Shown here in pieces: positions 1 through 11,166 of a stretch of 64,000 bases of DNA. Source of the DNA: Gemmatimonadota bacterium (GTDB lineage: Bacteria; Latescibacterota; UBA2968); assembly GCA_026706845.1 (NCBI GenBank), contig JAPOXY010000135.1, positions 5,266 through 69,265 on the forward strand, given 5' to 3'. Numbering within the stretch: the stretch's first letter is position 1; each line of letters starts with the position of its first letter. Made by a program: the position numbers and the translations under genes. A model generated the notes under the pieces. That model was given only the letters and a program-made list of their open reading frames with translations. It was not told the origin of the DNA and searched no databases.

Positions 1-2062
1 ATCGGCCCGCCAGTTCTATGGACTCGGACACGGTTGTGAAGTTCGCAACGGCGATCACGTCGCCGGTGCGGGACCGAAAGCGATAGGCTCTGATCCCGTT
101 CTGGTCTATTTGCAGTCTCTCCATGCCATGGCCTATGCGGCGCGCTCCAGCACGTCCCTGGCGTATGACACATGCGTAGTCTCGGGCGGTTCCACCGCTC
201 ACTTCAGGACGCAGGAATACGCGATCCTGGAGCAAGTTTTTCCACCGCTCGGGCGTATTTCTCTCCGAGGCATCTTCATACAGAAGCTGCTCGCCACACG
301 TCTCGATCCCCAAACATCCCGCGATCTTGATCCAGGTCGAGCCGGTTTCAATCACTCGTGTACGTCCGCCGACGCCTCGTATGGTGCGACGACCGCCTTC
401 GAAGGAGATCGGGACCCGGTTGCCGTTCAGGAAATCGTTCATGATATAGACGCCAAATCCCTCGTTCAGCGAGAGCTCGACATCCGCGACGGTCCAGTCT
501 ATCACGAGCGAAGTTTCCCCGTCTTCGAGCGCGACGACGGCGATTGATTGTCGAATGCGGCCATCCGCGTACTCGATTGCGCCCGTGGTTGTGAAGCCTT
601 TCTCCGATGTGTGATCGCTGTGATAGAGCGGTGTGGGAATCAGACGCTCGCCGTTGATTTCGAAACGTCCTATGAAGGCGTCCTGATCCGATCCCAGCGT
701 GTCCTCTCCGCCGGCTGGTACGACCATCCCCATCACGCTGTGTGATAGGGATCGCCAGGCGAATGAGAACAGGCCCTGCTTGCTGCGGCGAACCTGTAGC
801 CAGACATAGGGATAGGTCTCAGTTCCGACCTGATCGCGTCTGAATTCCTCGACGGGTATCGGCGAGACATCGGGTACGCCGGCAATCACGAGAGTGCCCA
901 GCTGCCCCATGACGCCCGTTTCGAACTGGAAGTAGCGACCACCAGCCGCGTGTGGCATTCGGGCGTTGAATCGGCCGTCTTCTGCGTCCCGCATCGATCC
1001 GTCCAGATACACGAGGTTCTGCCACAGCATATGACCTGCAAATCGGTCGCCGAATTCCTCGAACATGACGGCGTGCTGGTAGTTGATGTCGGGTTCGTGG
1101 TAGGTCCAGTCCTGGCCGGATGGATAGGCCGTAAATCCGTTGTAGAGAAAGAAACGCCTCAGCACCTTCCAGGCGTCGTGGACGCGGTGCAGGTAGTGGG
1201 GGGGAGGTGTCTTGCCCGTCAGTGTGAAGGCGAGGCGCCCCATCATCAGGAGGACGCCACAGGCGAGGTACCCCGGATGGAAGGAGCCGTGGTTCTCCAC
1301 GGTGAGGTCGGGGTGGGCTGTTTGCGTGCAGACCCAGTCTTTCAGCGGACGACCGTCGAAGAGTCGCGTATCGACCCGATCGAGGTCGGTGGTGAAGGTG
1401 TTGATGGCGAATAGCTTGCCCCGGTAGAGCCATTCGTCCGCGTGGGGGTGGTCGGGAAGGAGGCAATGCGCCCAGGCGAGAAGATAGCTGTCCCAAGCGT
1501 TTTCCTCCTCCTTCGTGTCGTGCCAGCGTCCGTCCGGGGGATCGACACCGAGAAATCGGTCCGCTTCAAAGGCGAGCACGCGGTGGACGGCTTCGAGCAC
1601 GTCCGGTTCCAGTTCGTCCGCAACGTGGTTGGCTGCCATTGCGATGTCCGCGATCCAGAGGGACGATTCCCAGTCGTCGCCCCACTGGCCATTCCATTCG
1701 AGCGGCTCCGTTTTTCGCGATCCGCTCAGGTGATGCGCACAGATCCAGCGGAGGCATCGGTTTAATCGATCGAGCAGGACGGGTTTCTCGATTCCGGCGA
1801 GCGACGGATCGAAGAACGCGCTTTGATGGAGGGCCGCGTAGCCTCGAAGCTCATCGCCCAGGGATCGGATGATCATTTCGTTGATCGGTCCGCCCGGGGG
1901 CTGAAATTCGTTCACATCGAGGGAGCCAAAGTAGCCGTGTTTCTCATCCTCATCGACCCAGTACTGCTCGATGTAGGGCACGTGCCGACACATCAGGTGA
2001 ACGAGGTCGGCCTCGGACGGAAAAGTCGGCGCGCTCGTGTCGAGTGGGGGGTAGTCGATCAT
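1..2062 (-). CDS. Partial CDS (C-terminus off-window) for a large hypothetical protein. It may be a heparinase II/III- or alginate-lyase-like glycan-active enzyme. Not in the ORF track because no stop codon falls inside the window.
   Basis: Manual translation of the reverse strand from the ATG at 2062..2060 gives 'MIDYPPLDTSAPTFPSEADLVHLMCRHVPYIEQYWVDEDEKHGYFGSLDVNEFQPPGG...'. The reading frame stays open to position 1 (>680 codons). The same frame is absent from the minus-strand ORF list, consistent with an ORF running off the edge. No strong family match by eye. Confidence 0.55.
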   Translation of the reverse strand, partial: MIDYPPLDTSAPTFPSEADLVHLMCRHVPYIEQYWVDEDEKHGYFGSLDVNEFQPPGGPINEMIIRSLGDELRGYAALHQSAFFDPSLAGIEKPVLLDRLNRCLRWICAHHLSGSRKTEPLEWNGQWGDDWESSLWIADIAMAANHVADELEPDVLEAVHRVLAFEADRFLGVDPPDGRWHDTKEEENAWDSYLLAWAHCLLPDHPHADEWLYRGKLFAINTFTTDLDRVDTRLFDGRPLKDWVCTQTAHPDLTVENHGSFHPGYLACGVLLMMGRLAFTLTGKTPPPHYLHRVHDAWKVLRRFFLYNGFTAYPSGQDWTYHEPDINYQHAVMFEEFGDRFAGHMLWQNLVYLDGSMRDAEDGRFNARMPHAAGGRYFQFETGVMGQLGTLVIAGVPDVSPIPVEEFRRDQVGTETYPYVWLQVRRSKQGLFSFAWRSLSHSVMGMVVPAGGEDTLGSDQDAFIGRFEINGERLIPTPLYHSDHTSEKGFTTTGAIEYADGRIRQSIAVVALEDGETSLVIDWTVADVELSLNEGFGVYIMNDFLNGNRVPISFEGGRRTIRGVGGRTRVIETGSTWIKIAGCLGIETCGEQLLYEDASERNTPERWKNLLQDRVFLRPEVSGGTARDYACVIRQGRAGARRIGHGMERLQIDQNGIRAYRFRSRTGDVIAVANFTTVSESIELAGR

Positions 2063-2298
2063 GCAGACGCTCCTGGCTCTACGGTTTCGTGTGGTTCGTC
2101 GCAGCGAAAAACGACGAGTTTGCCGCCGTCGATGCGGTTTTTCACATCCCGCACGAATTCACGGGCGAGATTGGTGTCGTAGAGTACCAGAGCGCCCGGT
2201 GACTGTGTGTGGGTTTGGAGGCGTTCCGATTTTTCACGCCAGGTCGATTGAAGCGTGTCAGATGCATCTCCTTCTGCGATAAGTATGACGTATGCCAT
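2059..2298 (-). CDS. Small hypothetical protein (79 aa), translationally coupled to the downstream partial gene by an ATGA overlap.
   Basis: ORF 'MAYVILIAEGDASDT...VVFRCDEPHETVEPGASA'. A GGGAGAGG Shine-Dalgarno lies 6 nt upstream of the ATG at 2298. The stop overlaps the start of the 1..2062 gene by 4 nt. Confidence 0.45.
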   Translation of the reverse strand: MAYVILIAEGDASDTLQSTWREKSERLQTHTQSPGALVLYDTNLAREFVRDVKNRIDGGKLVVFRCDEPHETVEPGASA

Positions 2299-2315
2299 GT
2301 GGCCTCTCCCTGTTG

Positions 2316-2344
2316 TAGAGAATCCCCACTGGACAACCTATCCA
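2316..2344 (-). terminator. Perfect 11-bp stem / 7-nt loop hairpin between the RND permease stop and the small ORF. Possible terminator or attenuator of the efflux operon.
   Basis: tccccactgga-caaccta-tccagtgggga is a perfect inverted repeat read directly from the sequence. It is followed on the minus strand by only a short T stretch, so intrinsic-terminator status is uncertain. Confidence 0.3.
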
Positions 2345-2441
2345 GTGGGGATCTGTATTTGGGACCAGTCGCAACCTAACAAGATAATTCCGTTTAGCAA
2401 TCAGACAAATGAATTTTCTAATCGGAAAGGTCTTCTGTTTT

Positions 2442-5400
2442 TTAAAACCCGTCCGCCGAACGGCTCAAACTGTACCGGGCATTTGTGACCAGAGAGACAA
2501 CATCCTCCAGAATCATATACAGACAGGGCACTAACAAAAGAATTATAGACGTCGCGAAAACAATACCAAATCCGAGAGAGATTGCCATAGGAATGAGATA
2601 ATAAGCCTGGCGGGATGTCTCCAAAATAATCGGTGTCAAACCACCGAACGTTGTCAACGTCGTCAAAATAATAGGCTTGAAGCGCCGAAGCCCAGCAGTG
2701 TGAATCGCCTCAAAAGCCGAACTATGGGCACGCCTTTTATTTGCATAATCGATCATAATCAGTGAGTCATTTACCACAACACCCGACAGGGCGATCACCC
2801 CCATCAGACTGATAAGCGACAAATCATAACCGAGCAAAATATGACCGATCACAGCGCCCACAATTCCAAATGGAATCGCCACCATCACAATCAGGGGTTG
2901 GACATAGCTGCCAAATGCAATGGCGAGTAACATATACACAATGGCCATCGCCATGGCAAACCCGCCCCATAGCGCCTGCGTTGACTCGCGCATCTCAGCC
3001 TGCGTCCCCTGAAACGTCCAGGTTAATCCCGGATACTCCGCGCGGATTTGTGGCAACACATCGGTTTTAATCGCTTCCATAACGCGCGTCATCGCTCGCT
3101 TGGGTTCCACATCCATACTCACCGTCACCACGCGCCGACCATCTCGCCGATTAATACTTGTAAACGCTTCGCCACGCTCAATGGCTACCACATCCATCAA
3201 CGGCACTTCTGTGCCATCGGGTGTACGCACAACAAATTCTTCGAGGTGGCGAATATCCTTTCGCTCTGCCATCGGTAATTTCACGCGCATTTCAATTTCA
3301 TTTGTACCGCGCAACTGACGCATCGCCAGTGCGCCGTAAAACGCATCGCGCAACTGACGCCCTACCTCAACTGGCGTCAATCCCAAATTTCGGCCTTCCG
3401 GACGCAACACAAAATCAAACTGCGCTTTACCTTTATTGTAATTGTCACTCACATCGTGCGTCTCTTCAAACCCTTCGGCGCGCTCTAAAAATGCCCGGCT
3501 GGCTTTGGCCAACACGTCAATATCCGAATGGCTCAAATCGACGCTGATATCCTGTTGCCAACCGCCCGGTCCACTCTCGGCCTCAAACGTAAACTGACTG
3601 ACACCATCAATATCCCCGATGTTATCGCGCCATAGAGAGATGATCTCTCCTGTCGTCATATCGTGTTCATCGGGCGGTTTCATCACAATTTCTACATCGA
3701 TAAAACTCCCCCCGCGCACATTGGTTTTAATCCCTTCGGCCACGCGATAAAGGTTGTGCGCTTCAAACATGCGATGGGTCGATTCGGTCACATCATGTGC
3801 AACCCGCGCAGCCTGGTCCCGCGTGGTCCCCACAGGCAATCGGATACCCGCCTCAATCTCATCGGCAGAAACTTCGGGCATCATAATCATACCCATATGA
3901 CCGCTGTATCCATAACCGCCCACCACCATCAGCAAAGCCATAGCAGATGCAATCGTAACGTACCGATGCCGAATGCATACATCCAGAAATCTGCGATAGT
4001 GTTGGTCGATAAACCGATTGAAATGGTTGGCAATAGATTGTTGCCAGCGATGCGTGCCATTTACCGGCGAAACAGCGCGTTTTGAAAGGTGCCCGAGGTG
4101 CGCGGGCAAAATAAATAGCGCCTCCAAAAGAGACACGGCCAGCACAGTGATCACAACCGCAGGCAATGGCCACCAGAATTTTCCCGTGGTGCCGGGCATA
4201 AACAAAAGCGGCAGAAAGGCCACAATCGTAGTCAAAATGCTGAACGTAACCGGCCTGGCAATATCATGTGTACCCGCAATGGCCGCCTGCATCGGGCTCA
4301 TACCTCGTTCCCGATATTCATGTATATTTTCACCCACAACAATCGCATCATCGACTACAATGCCGAGCACCACCAAAAATGCAAACATAGAAACCATATT
4401 GATGCTCACATCAATAGCAGGCAAAAACACCAGACCGCCAATGAAAGAAATGGCCATCCCCATCATCACCCAAAATGCAAGCCGAAACTCGAGGAACATC
4501 GCCAGAATAAGCAAAACAATCACAATAGCCAGCCCCCCGTTTTCTATCAGCAAAAACAACCGATCTTTGTAATCCTCTGCACTGTTGCTGTCGATCCGAT
4601 ACTTCACACCAGGCGGCAGGGTGGTCTCAAAATCTGCCATGATATTTTTAACAGCCTCGGCAATCTCAAGTGGCGATTGATTCCCAATCCGATAGATATC
4701 CACACCAACTGTAAGCTGCCGATTAAACCGTTCGTGAAATCCGCCTTCTTCAAAGCCATCCGTGATCTTTGCCAGGTCCGCCAGTGTAACCCCACCACCT
4801 CCTTCTGAAGGGATAATCACAATACGACCATATTCATCGGCCCACTGCTTGCGCTCTTTCATGCGCAACAAAATTTCACCCGTACCCGTCTCCACAGAAC
4901 CCGCGGGAATGTCTTCACTCGACGAAACAATCACGCGTGCCACATCGCGCAGTGTAAGACCGTATTCACGCAACCTGTGCTGAGGAATTTCAATATGCGT
5001 CCTGTATTCTGGCACATTGCCAAGCTCGACCTGTGTAATGGTCGGATCGCTCAGCAATCGATCCCTTAGCTGTTCGGCCAGACTTCTCAGCGTACCGATA
5101 TCCACATCGCCATACAGCCCAATATCCATTACATTGCGCTGTTGTGCCCTCAGGCTGACTTCGGGTTGTTCTATATCATCGGGAAATGTCCGAATCCGAT
5201 TGACTGCCTGATCAATATCCTGAAAGGCTTTCCCTCGGTTGGTACCTGCCACCAGTTCGATGGTCACACTCCCACGCCCCTCGCGAGCCTGCGACGTCAT
5301 TTCCTTGATCCCCTGCACACCGCGCACAGCTTCTTCTATCGGCTGTAGAATCCCCTGCTCCACCTCCGCAGGTGCCGCACCCGGATAGCCCACACTGACC

Positions 5401-5573
5401 GAGACGATATCCAGTTCATACTGTGGATAGACCTCCTTCTGGATATGAAAAGCTGTCCAGATCCCGCCCACAATGAGGATGATCATAAACAGATTGGCCG
5501 CAATAGCATTGCGCGCCATCCAGGCAATCGGACCTCGTGCTTCTTCAAATGTATCCTGTGTCTCATTCATCAC
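2442..5573 (-). CDS. RND efflux transporter permease subunit (AcrB/CzcA superfamily), 1043 aa.
   Basis: Size and 12-TM-like hydrophobic architecture. The N-terminus '[60 protein letters not shown]' is typical of RND pumps. The ATGA overlap with the upstream membrane-fusion protein gene indicates an operon. Confidence 0.9.
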   Translation of the reverse strand: MMNETQDTFEEARGPIAWMARNAIAANLFMIILIVGGIWTAFHIQKEVYPQYELDIVSVSVGYPGAAPAEVEQGILQPIEEAVRGVQGIKEMTSQAREGRGSVTIELVAGTNRGKAFQDIDQAVNRIRTFPDDIEQPEVSLRAQQRNVMDIGLYGDVDIGTLRSLAEQLRDRLLSDPTITQVELGNVPEYRTHIEIPQHRLREYGLTLRDVARVIVSSSEDIPAGSVETGTGEILLRMKERKQWADEYGRIVIIPSEGGGGVTLADLAKITDGFEEGGFHERFNRQLTVGVDIYRIGNQSPLEIAEAVKNIMADFETTLPPGVKYRIDSNSAEDYKDRLFLLIENGGLAIVIVLLILAMFLEFRLAFWVMMGMAISFIGGLVFLPAIDVSINMVSMFAFLVVLGIVVDDAIVVGENIHEYRERGMSPMQAAIAGTHDIARPVTFSILTTIVAFLPLLFMPGTTGKFWWPLPAVVITVLAVSLLEALFILPAHLGHLSKRAVSPVNGTHRWQQSIANHFNRFIDQHYRRFLDVCIRHRYVTIASAMALLMVVGGYGYSGHMGMIMMPEVSADEIEAGIRLPVGTTRDQAARVAHDVTESTHRMFEAHNLYRVAEGIKTNVRGGSFIDVEIVMKPPDEHDMTTGEIISLWRDNIGDIDGVSQFTFEAESGPGGWQQDISVDLSHSDIDVLAKASRAFLERAEGFEETHDVSDNYNKGKAQFDFVLRPEGRNLGLTPVEVGRQLRDAFYGALAMRQLRGTNEIEMRVKLPMAERKDIRHLEEFVVRTPDGTEVPLMDVVAIERGEAFTSINRRDGRRVVTVSMDVEPKRAMTRVMEAIKTDVLPQIRAEYPGLTWTFQGTQAEMRESTQALWGGFAMAMAIVYMLLAIAFGSYVQPLIVMVAIPFGIVGAVIGHILLGYDLSLISLMGVIALSGVVVNDSLIMIDYANKRRAHSSAFEAIHTAGLRRFKPIILTTLTTFGGLTPIILETSRQAYYLIPMAISLGFGIVFATSIILLLVPCLYMILEDVVSLVTNARYSLSRSADGF

Positions 5574-6769
5574 CGGGTATCTCCCAGGGTTTTAGGATCT
5601 TCCTCCCCAATGCTTTTCACACGCAATTCTGCACCATCAGCGACTCGAGACAAATTGGTCGTAACCACCCGATCCTTATCTTGCAACCCATCCGATATAT
5701 AAGCATAGTCGGCATCTTGAAAAACGATCTCAACAGATCGAATCCGCAACAGACCGTCTTTCATCACCCAGACCGTATTGCCAGCCCGGATATAATCGCG
5801 TGCCAGACGCACCACATTGGGAATTTCGTTGGCCTCAATATGCGTCTCGACAAATGCGCCAATCATCAACGGAGATAGATGATCAGATCCATCTCGATGA
5901 GCAAGCGGGTCAGAAACGGAAATCAGTACCTGCGCCATACGCGTCTTTTCTGCCAAAGCACCAATGAGTCTGTGAAGAGAGCCTGTGCGATAAGCACCTT
6001 TCTTTTCGGTCACACGATTGCGAATCTGCACCAACGATCCCTTTTCTGCCTCGCTGTTGGGAAAAGAAAGCCACGGAATTTTGGAAAGCGGAATGGTCGT
6101 CACCACCCAGTATGTATCCAGACCAACCAGACGCCCGAGATTATCGCGTGGAGAAACCAGAGAACCCAGATTGGCATTGCGACTTAAAATGTGCGCGTCA
6201 AAAGGCGCTTTAATGGTTGTTCTCTGCAATTCCAGTTCAGCCTGATTCACGGCCGCCTGCGCCGCTTCTACCCGTGCCCGAGCTGCATTGAGCTGAGGTT
6301 GGCGCAGCACAAGCGCTTCAAGCTCATCCGACAGCGTTTCATCTAAAATCTGATAATCTTTCTGCGCCACATTCTGACGTCCCATCTCAATATTCAAATC
6401 AGCAGTGGCACGACGCAGATCGCTCTTTTTTTGCAAAAGTGCATTCTGATAATCTGCCGGATCAATCTGTAACAGTACCTGACCCTTTTTGACAAACCCA
6501 CCCGGCGTAAAAGTTGATGACAGCGAAAGTACCCGTCCACCGACTTGTGGACTCAAGATGATATCCTGTTCTGCTTCAACCGTCCCCGTCGCCACAATCA
6601 CAGGGCGATACGTACCGCGTTGCACCTCAACCACATCGACGAGCATCGCGGTTTTCTTCGTCGCCGCAACGCGAGTCGCTGTAGGCTCCGTCATAAAAAT
6701 CAGCGCAGTAACACCTGCACCCACAATCAAAATACAAAAACAAATAATCAGCGCTTTTTTGCTATCCAC
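5570..6769 (-). CDS. RND efflux periplasmic adaptor (membrane fusion protein, HlyD family).
   Basis: N-terminal TM anchor '[20 protein letters not shown]', then beta-barrel/lipoyl/coiled-coil pattern ('[22 protein letters not shown]', '[18 protein letters not shown]'). Lies between the outer-membrane factor and the RND permease. Confidence 0.85.
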   Translation of the reverse strand: MDSKKALIICFCILIVGAGVTALIFMTEPTATRVAATKKTAMLVDVVEVQRGTYRPVIVATGTVEAEQDIILSPQVGGRVLSLSSTFTPGGFVKKGQVLLQIDPADYQNALLQKKSDLRRATADLNIEMGRQNVAQKDYQILDETLSDELEALVLRQPQLNAARARVEAAQAAVNQAELELQRTTIKAPFDAHILSRNANLGSLVSPRDNLGRLVGLDTYWVVTTIPLSKIPWLSFPNSEAEKGSLVQIRNRVTEKKGAYRTGSLHRLIGALAEKTRMAQVLISVSDPLAHRDGSDHLSPLMIGAFVETHIEANEIPNVVRLARDYIRAGNTVWVMKDGLLRIRSVEIVFQDADYAYISDGLQDKDRVVTTNLSRVADGAELRVKSIGEEDPKTLGDTR

Positions 6770-6784
6770 GTTATGCCTGTCCGT

Positions 6785-8161
6785 TTATAATGATTTATTA
6801 CGAGCAATTTCAAAACCACCTGCGAGCGCCCGATAAAGCGCAATGCGGAATTCCAGCAAATCGAGTTTCGCAGAGATCAACGCTCGTCGGAGCCTCTGTT
6901 CGTTTGTCAGCGCAGTAAGCACGTCGAGATAATCGCTGATGCCATTTAAATACTCCAGCCTTAACTGATCATACGTCTGCCTCGCCAGAGCGACCTGCGC
7001 TTCGAGACTCGCGATGCGTTCAACCTGTTTTTGTTCTTGAACCAATGCATTTTCCACTTCGGCAAATGCCGTCAAAACCGTCTGCCCATAAGCCGAAAGT
7101 TGCGCGCTTTTGTTGGCTTGATTGCGCTTGATTTCTGCCCCCCGTTCACCACCATCGATAACAGGCAGCAAAAGATTGCCTATCAGATTGCCCACCCAAT
7201 CTTTAAACAGACCACCGCGGTCATCACCCGATGCCAATGCTGTCAGGCTCAAACGCGGATACCGATTGCTGATAGCAACCGCCACATCGCGATCCGCCGC
7301 CAGCAGCAGGTTATAAGCCCTTTTGACATCTGGACGTCGCTGAATCAACTCAACAGGCAAACCCGTATACGGCAGAGGTGGCAGATCTGGCAAAGCGCGA
7401 TGCGTATAGGCAATTCCATCCTGAGGGGCATAGCCCGACAGAACAGCGAGTTGGTGTTCTAACACCTCGATTCTGGATTCTGTAGCGATTTTTTGTTCGC
7501 GTGTGGATTCGATCAATTGCCTTTGTCGCAAGATATCCACACTGCGAATCTGCCCACTGCCAAAACGCGCTCGAATCAGACTCAGCACTTGCTGATTGGT
7601 CTCAATCTGATGCTCAAAAAGTTCGTGCTGATTTTGTGCTTCCATCAATTGAAAATAAGTACGCACGACCTCTGCAGAAAGCGACAATGCCGCAGTCTGA
7701 TAATCCGCCTCAGTCGCCCGCATTCGATAACGCGCGGCATCCACACCCGAACGAATCTGCCCCCACAGATCTATTTCGTATTCAGACGTGATGCCCAAAC
7801 GGATCTGTGCATTATTTTCAGAATCGGGACGTTGAACCTCACCGCGCCCGGATACTTCCAGTGTTGGAAACCGGCCAGCCCCTTCGCGATCCACAACAGC
7901 CTGTGCACTTCGCAACCGATGCCACGCCGTCTCCAAACTGAAATTGGACTGCAATGCGCGATTGACCAGGCTGTCCATACGCGCATCTCCAAAAGCAGTC
8001 CACCACCGTTCAGAAAGCGCCTGTGAGGCATGACTGGAAAAAGCTTTGGGAGGTTCAAAAGGAAGGGTGAGATTTGCAGACCTGGGCGAACACCCAAAAA
8101 CAAACACGGGCCAGATCAAAAGAAACAGGCGAACATATAGCATGTGTAAGATAATTTTCAA
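6785..8161 (-). CDS. Outer-membrane efflux protein (TolC-like outer-membrane factor).
   Basis: Signal peptide, then 'LVNRALQSNFSLETAWHRLRSAQAVVDREGAGRFPTLEVSG'. Duplicated coiled-coil repeats typical of outer-membrane factors. First gene of the OMF-MFP-RND operon. Confidence 0.85.
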   Translation of the reverse strand: MKIILHMLYVRLFLLIWPVFVFGCSPRSANLTLPFEPPKAFSSHASQALSERWWTAFGDARMDSLVNRALQSNFSLETAWHRLRSAQAVVDREGAGRFPTLEVSGRGEVQRPDSENNAQIRLGITSEYEIDLWGQIRSGVDAARYRMRATEADYQTAALSLSAEVVRTYFQLMEAQNQHELFEHQIETNQQVLSLIRARFGSGQIRSVDILRQRQLIESTREQKIATESRIEVLEHQLAVLSGYAPQDGIAYTHRALPDLPPLPYTGLPVELIQRRPDVKRAYNLLLAADRDVAVAISNRYPRLSLTALASGDDRGGLFKDWVGNLIGNLLLPVIDGGERGAEIKRNQANKSAQLSAYGQTVLTAFAEVENALVQEQKQVERIASLEAQVALARQTYDQLRLEYLNGISDYLDVLTALTNEQRLRRALISAKLDLLEFRIALYRALAGGFEIARNKSL

Positions 8162-8289
8162 ATGACCAAGAACATCCGTTTAAATACAAAATGACAGTCT
8201 GTAATGTAAACTGCCACAATATAATAACCAAATAGAATTACGGGATCAAGTAATCGCTTACTTATCTATGTATTGCTGACAGAGAAGCG

Positions 8290-9132
8290 TCAGGTGAGGT
8301 AGTGCGAGGGTGTCCTGAATTCGTGAGATTTCTCGTATTCGCTCGAGGGCTCCGCATCCCGAACTGCTTCGGGTACGTCACCGTCCCACCAACTTGGGGG
8401 ATTGGGAAAGGAAAAGACGTCGTGCCAGGCAAGGAGTAGAGTTCGGCGTTTAGCCGTTTGGTTGGGCCACGCGCCGTGGAGGATGCGCGCGTCTGCGATG
8501 ACCAGATCTCCTGCGTTTAAGGGGATGTCTATCGCATCGGGGTAGTCTGCGAACGCGGGATGCGATAGGTCGTCGATCGCCTGAATCTCCGATCCGTGAG
8601 CTTTGGGCAGGATGTCGTGCAGTTTGTGGCGTTTCCGATGGCTGCCGGGGATCATGCGCAGGCATCCATTCTCGCGCGTGGTGTCCGTCAGGTAGTAAGA
8701 TAAGAAGATGCGTATCGGCCAGGGCGTCGCGGCTTCGGGGCTCTGCCACTTCATGAAGTCCTGATGCCAGTAGAGGGGCGGGCCATATCCGGGCTTGGAC
8801 AGGATGATCACGGTGTCGTCTGCCACGAGATTCTCGAGCCCAATTTGTCGGCAGGCTTCGAGTTGTGCAGGCTGATCGATGATCTCCGCGGCGATCGGAT
8901 CGGGAAACCGATTCTCGGCTGTCGGCGTTCCCTCACGCCATCGGCGTTCCGTGTTGACGAAGATATCGCTGCCCTGGTACCGGATCTTGTGGGGAACTGT
9001 CACGCGTTCGAAGATGCGGTCGGACCATGTCCTGAGCCTGTGCAGCAGATCCGTATCCATCACACCAGGTACGATGGTGTAGCCCGACTCGACCAACTCT
9101 CGCCGCTTTGTCAGCGCCTGCTCATTCGTCAT
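8290..9132 (-). CDS. PhyH-family Fe(II)/2-oxoglutarate dioxygenase (paralog 1 of 9).
   Basis: 'YWHQDFMKW' (H-x-D facial triad) and the later 'ARILHGAWPN' second His. N-terminal 'LVESGYTIVPGVMD' is the PhyH-family start motif. AAAGGA Shine-Dalgarno upstream. Confidence 0.8.
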   Translation of the reverse strand: MTNEQALTKRRELVESGYTIVPGVMDTDLLHRLRTWSDRIFERVTVPHKIRYQGSDIFVNTERRWREGTPTAENRFPDPIAAEIIDQPAQLEACRQIGLENLVADDTVIILSKPGYGPPLYWHQDFMKWQSPEAATPWPIRIFLSYYLTDTTRENGCLRMIPGSHRKRHKLHDILPKAHGSEIQAIDDLSHPAFADYPDAIDIPLNAGDLVIADARILHGAWPNQTAKRRTLLLAWHDVFSFPNPPSWWDGDVPEAVRDAEPSSEYEKSHEFRTPSHYLT

Positions 9133-9312
9133 GTCTCAATCCTTTCGGTTATCAGGGATATTATACCTAATTATGCGAGCTTTTGTTCAAAAAATATGTC
9201 GGTTGCACGATGGATCAAAAACATGGCAGCAGGCTCGTCAAAAGTCAGTTGGTAGTCAACGCCATCGAGCGTATCTTCAATGAGCCGTCTTCAGCCATTG
9301 AGGAGGTCAACT

Positions 9313-11166
9313 ATGAAAGCGGATACAGAACTCCGCAAACAGCACCAGCGTGATGCGATCCTTCGAGATCGTATGCGGAAGGCATTTGACATGGCGTACG
9401 ACACGGATGCTGCGCTCATCGTCCGCTGGAATCCGTTCTTTCCCCGTTTCAACGGCCATACCATCGCCCAGCAATCCCTGGACTACGCCATCCTCCTGCT
9501 TCTGTCCGACGACCGCACCTACGGGACGGACGATGCCGGTGAGGCCAACCGTATCATTCGCCGAATCCTGGACCACCAGGACCTACGACCGAAGTCCGAG
9601 ACCTTCGGCAATTTCTTCTGGATGACCCATTGGGACCGGGTTAAAGACAAGAACGCCGTTTCCTTCCTCACGATCGGCCTGGTCTTCACGTACGTCAACT
9701 TCCAGGACAAGCTGGAGGATGACACAAAGGCTGCGCTCGAGCGCGCCTTTCCAAACGCGTTGCTCGGCATCCGTGACCACAAAGTCCGATGGCAGTACAC
9801 CAACATCTACTTTCTCAACCTCGGCGGCCTGGTCAGTCTTGCCCGTGTGCTGGACGATCCATCGATCCACGCCGAAGCGGTGGCCGACTTCAACACCTGG
9901 GTCGAAGGCACTTCGGAGGACGGCTTCCACGAATTCAACAGCCCGACGTACACACCCGTCACGCTCTCAGGTATGGAAGCGGCGTGGGCTTACACGTCAG
10001 ATGACGAGTTCAAAGACAGACTGCGGCGCACTATGGATTTGATAACCTATCAGATGGCGCTCAACCTGATGCCCGGTGGATTTCTGGCGGGTGCTGCCGC
10101 AAGGGCTTACCAGGGAGATGTGCTGAACGGTTCAATCGGGGCTGCTTCGTATGCCCACGTTAAATTCGGCACCCCTGCTCCGGCCGAGCTTGCGGTCCTG
10201 ATGCCGAGCCTGTTCGACTACGTACCGCCGGAACCTGTTCGGTCCCTGGCGAACGAGATGGCGGACGGAGCCGAGATACTCGATCGGGGAATCTCGCTGG
10301 GTAGCCGACGAACCCACGTCATTACGCAGGCTTACGGGCTGGCATCTCAGAGTTTACAATCTGTGGGCGGCCACTCGCCTCCGTCGTATATCCTGCTGGT
10401 CCGGAACAGCAAGGCCCCGCGACCCAGTGTCCCGTTCCTTCCGGACGAATCCTTTATGCATCAGCCGTGCGCCACATTCCTGTCGCGTCAGAACGGCAGT
10501 CAGGTGATCGGCAGACTGTACTACGATCTGCAGGAGGAGCAACGAAGCAAATTTCTGGACGATCCTACGTTCATTTGTGAACCTCGCGTCCTGTTCGGAC
10601 TAAGGGACCAGATCGAGTCCGTTCGCATCGGCAATGTAGATTGGGGCGGAAAACCCGTGAGCCTTTTGCCAGGGCAATCCGTGGCTGTTTCCTATGGAGA
10701 CATCTACCTGGGTGTTGTCGTCTTGGTGCTAGACTGCGACGGTCAAGCGATTCGTAGCCGCGCGACGCTGGTCTATGGCGAAGATGGTGAACTGCGCCTG
10801 CGAATCAGGCTCCACGGGGGAGAGGACGTGCAGCAGGAAGATAACCCGCTCGTCGCTCTGCTCTACGTCGAAGTTCAGATTCCCGAGGAGAGACATTCGC
10901 TCGAGACATTTGCCGACCAATTGTCGGGCTGGCAGCTTTCCGATCAGAGCGACGGAGAGACGGTCTCCTTCTTGGCCGAGCACGAAGATGGCGCAACCAT
11001 CGCCTATCCCTACACAGAGGCGGATCCGGATCCGATGGGCGATGCGCTGCACCTATCGCCCGGGCTTGTGCTTCAGCCGGGAGATTTTGTCAAGCTGGTG
11101 AACGGGGAGAAGCCTTTGTTCTTCGACTCTGCACAGCAAAACCGGCTTCTTCGAGAAGGTGTATGA
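9313..11166 (+). CDS. Hypothetical cytoplasmic protein, member of a 3-gene paralog family with 43419..46088 and 46451..48550. Possibly polysaccharide lyase / heparinase II/III-like.
   Basis: The track ORF starts at 9280, but a GAGGAGG Shine-Dalgarno precedes the ATG at 9313 (MKADTEL...). Shared block 'HEFNSPTYTPVTLSG...FKDRLRRTMDLITYQMALNLMPGGFLAG' vs 'LENGSPTYMKYTISY...LKKKIGMFLDLMWADWAQLQIAGLRGG' in the 46451 protein. Confidence 0.6.
   Translation: MKADTELRKQHQRDAILRDRMRKAFDMAYDTDAALIVRWNPFFPRFNGHTIAQQSLDYAILLLLSDDRTYGTDDAGEANRIIRRILDHQDLRPKSETFGNFFWMTHWDRVKDKNAVSFLTIGLVFTYVNFQDKLEDDTKAALERAFPNALLGIRDHKVRWQYTNIYFLNLGGLVSLARVLDDPSIHAEAVADFNTWVEGTSEDGFHEFNSPTYTPVTLSGMEAAWAYTSDDEFKDRLRRTMDLITYQMALNLMPGGFLAGAAARAYQGDVLNGSIGAASYAHVKFGTPAPAELAVLMPSLFDYVPPEPVRSLANEMADGAEILDRGISLGSRRTHVITQAYGLASQSLQSVGGHSPPSYILLVRNSKAPRPSVPFLPDESFMHQPCATFLSRQNGSQVIGRLYYDLQEEQRSKFLDDPTFICEPRVLFGLRDQIESVRIGNVDWGGKPVSLLPGQSVAVSYGDIYLGVVVLVLDCDGQAIRSRATLVYGEDGELRLRIRLHGGEDVQQEDNPLVALLYVEVQIPEERHSLETFADQLSGWQLSDQSDGETVSFLAEHEDGATIAYPYTEADPDPMGDALHLSPGLVLQPGDFVKLVNGEKPLFFDSAQQNRLLREGV

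Noticed and set aside
110-2282. Cluster of plus- and minus-strand ORFs of 60-225 aa (110..547, 819..1496, 950..1414, 1442..1765, 1823..2182 and others)
   Set aside because: All overlap the long open minus-strand frame 1..2062, which translates into a coherent protein. Their products are low-complexity (Arg/Pro/Gly-rich).
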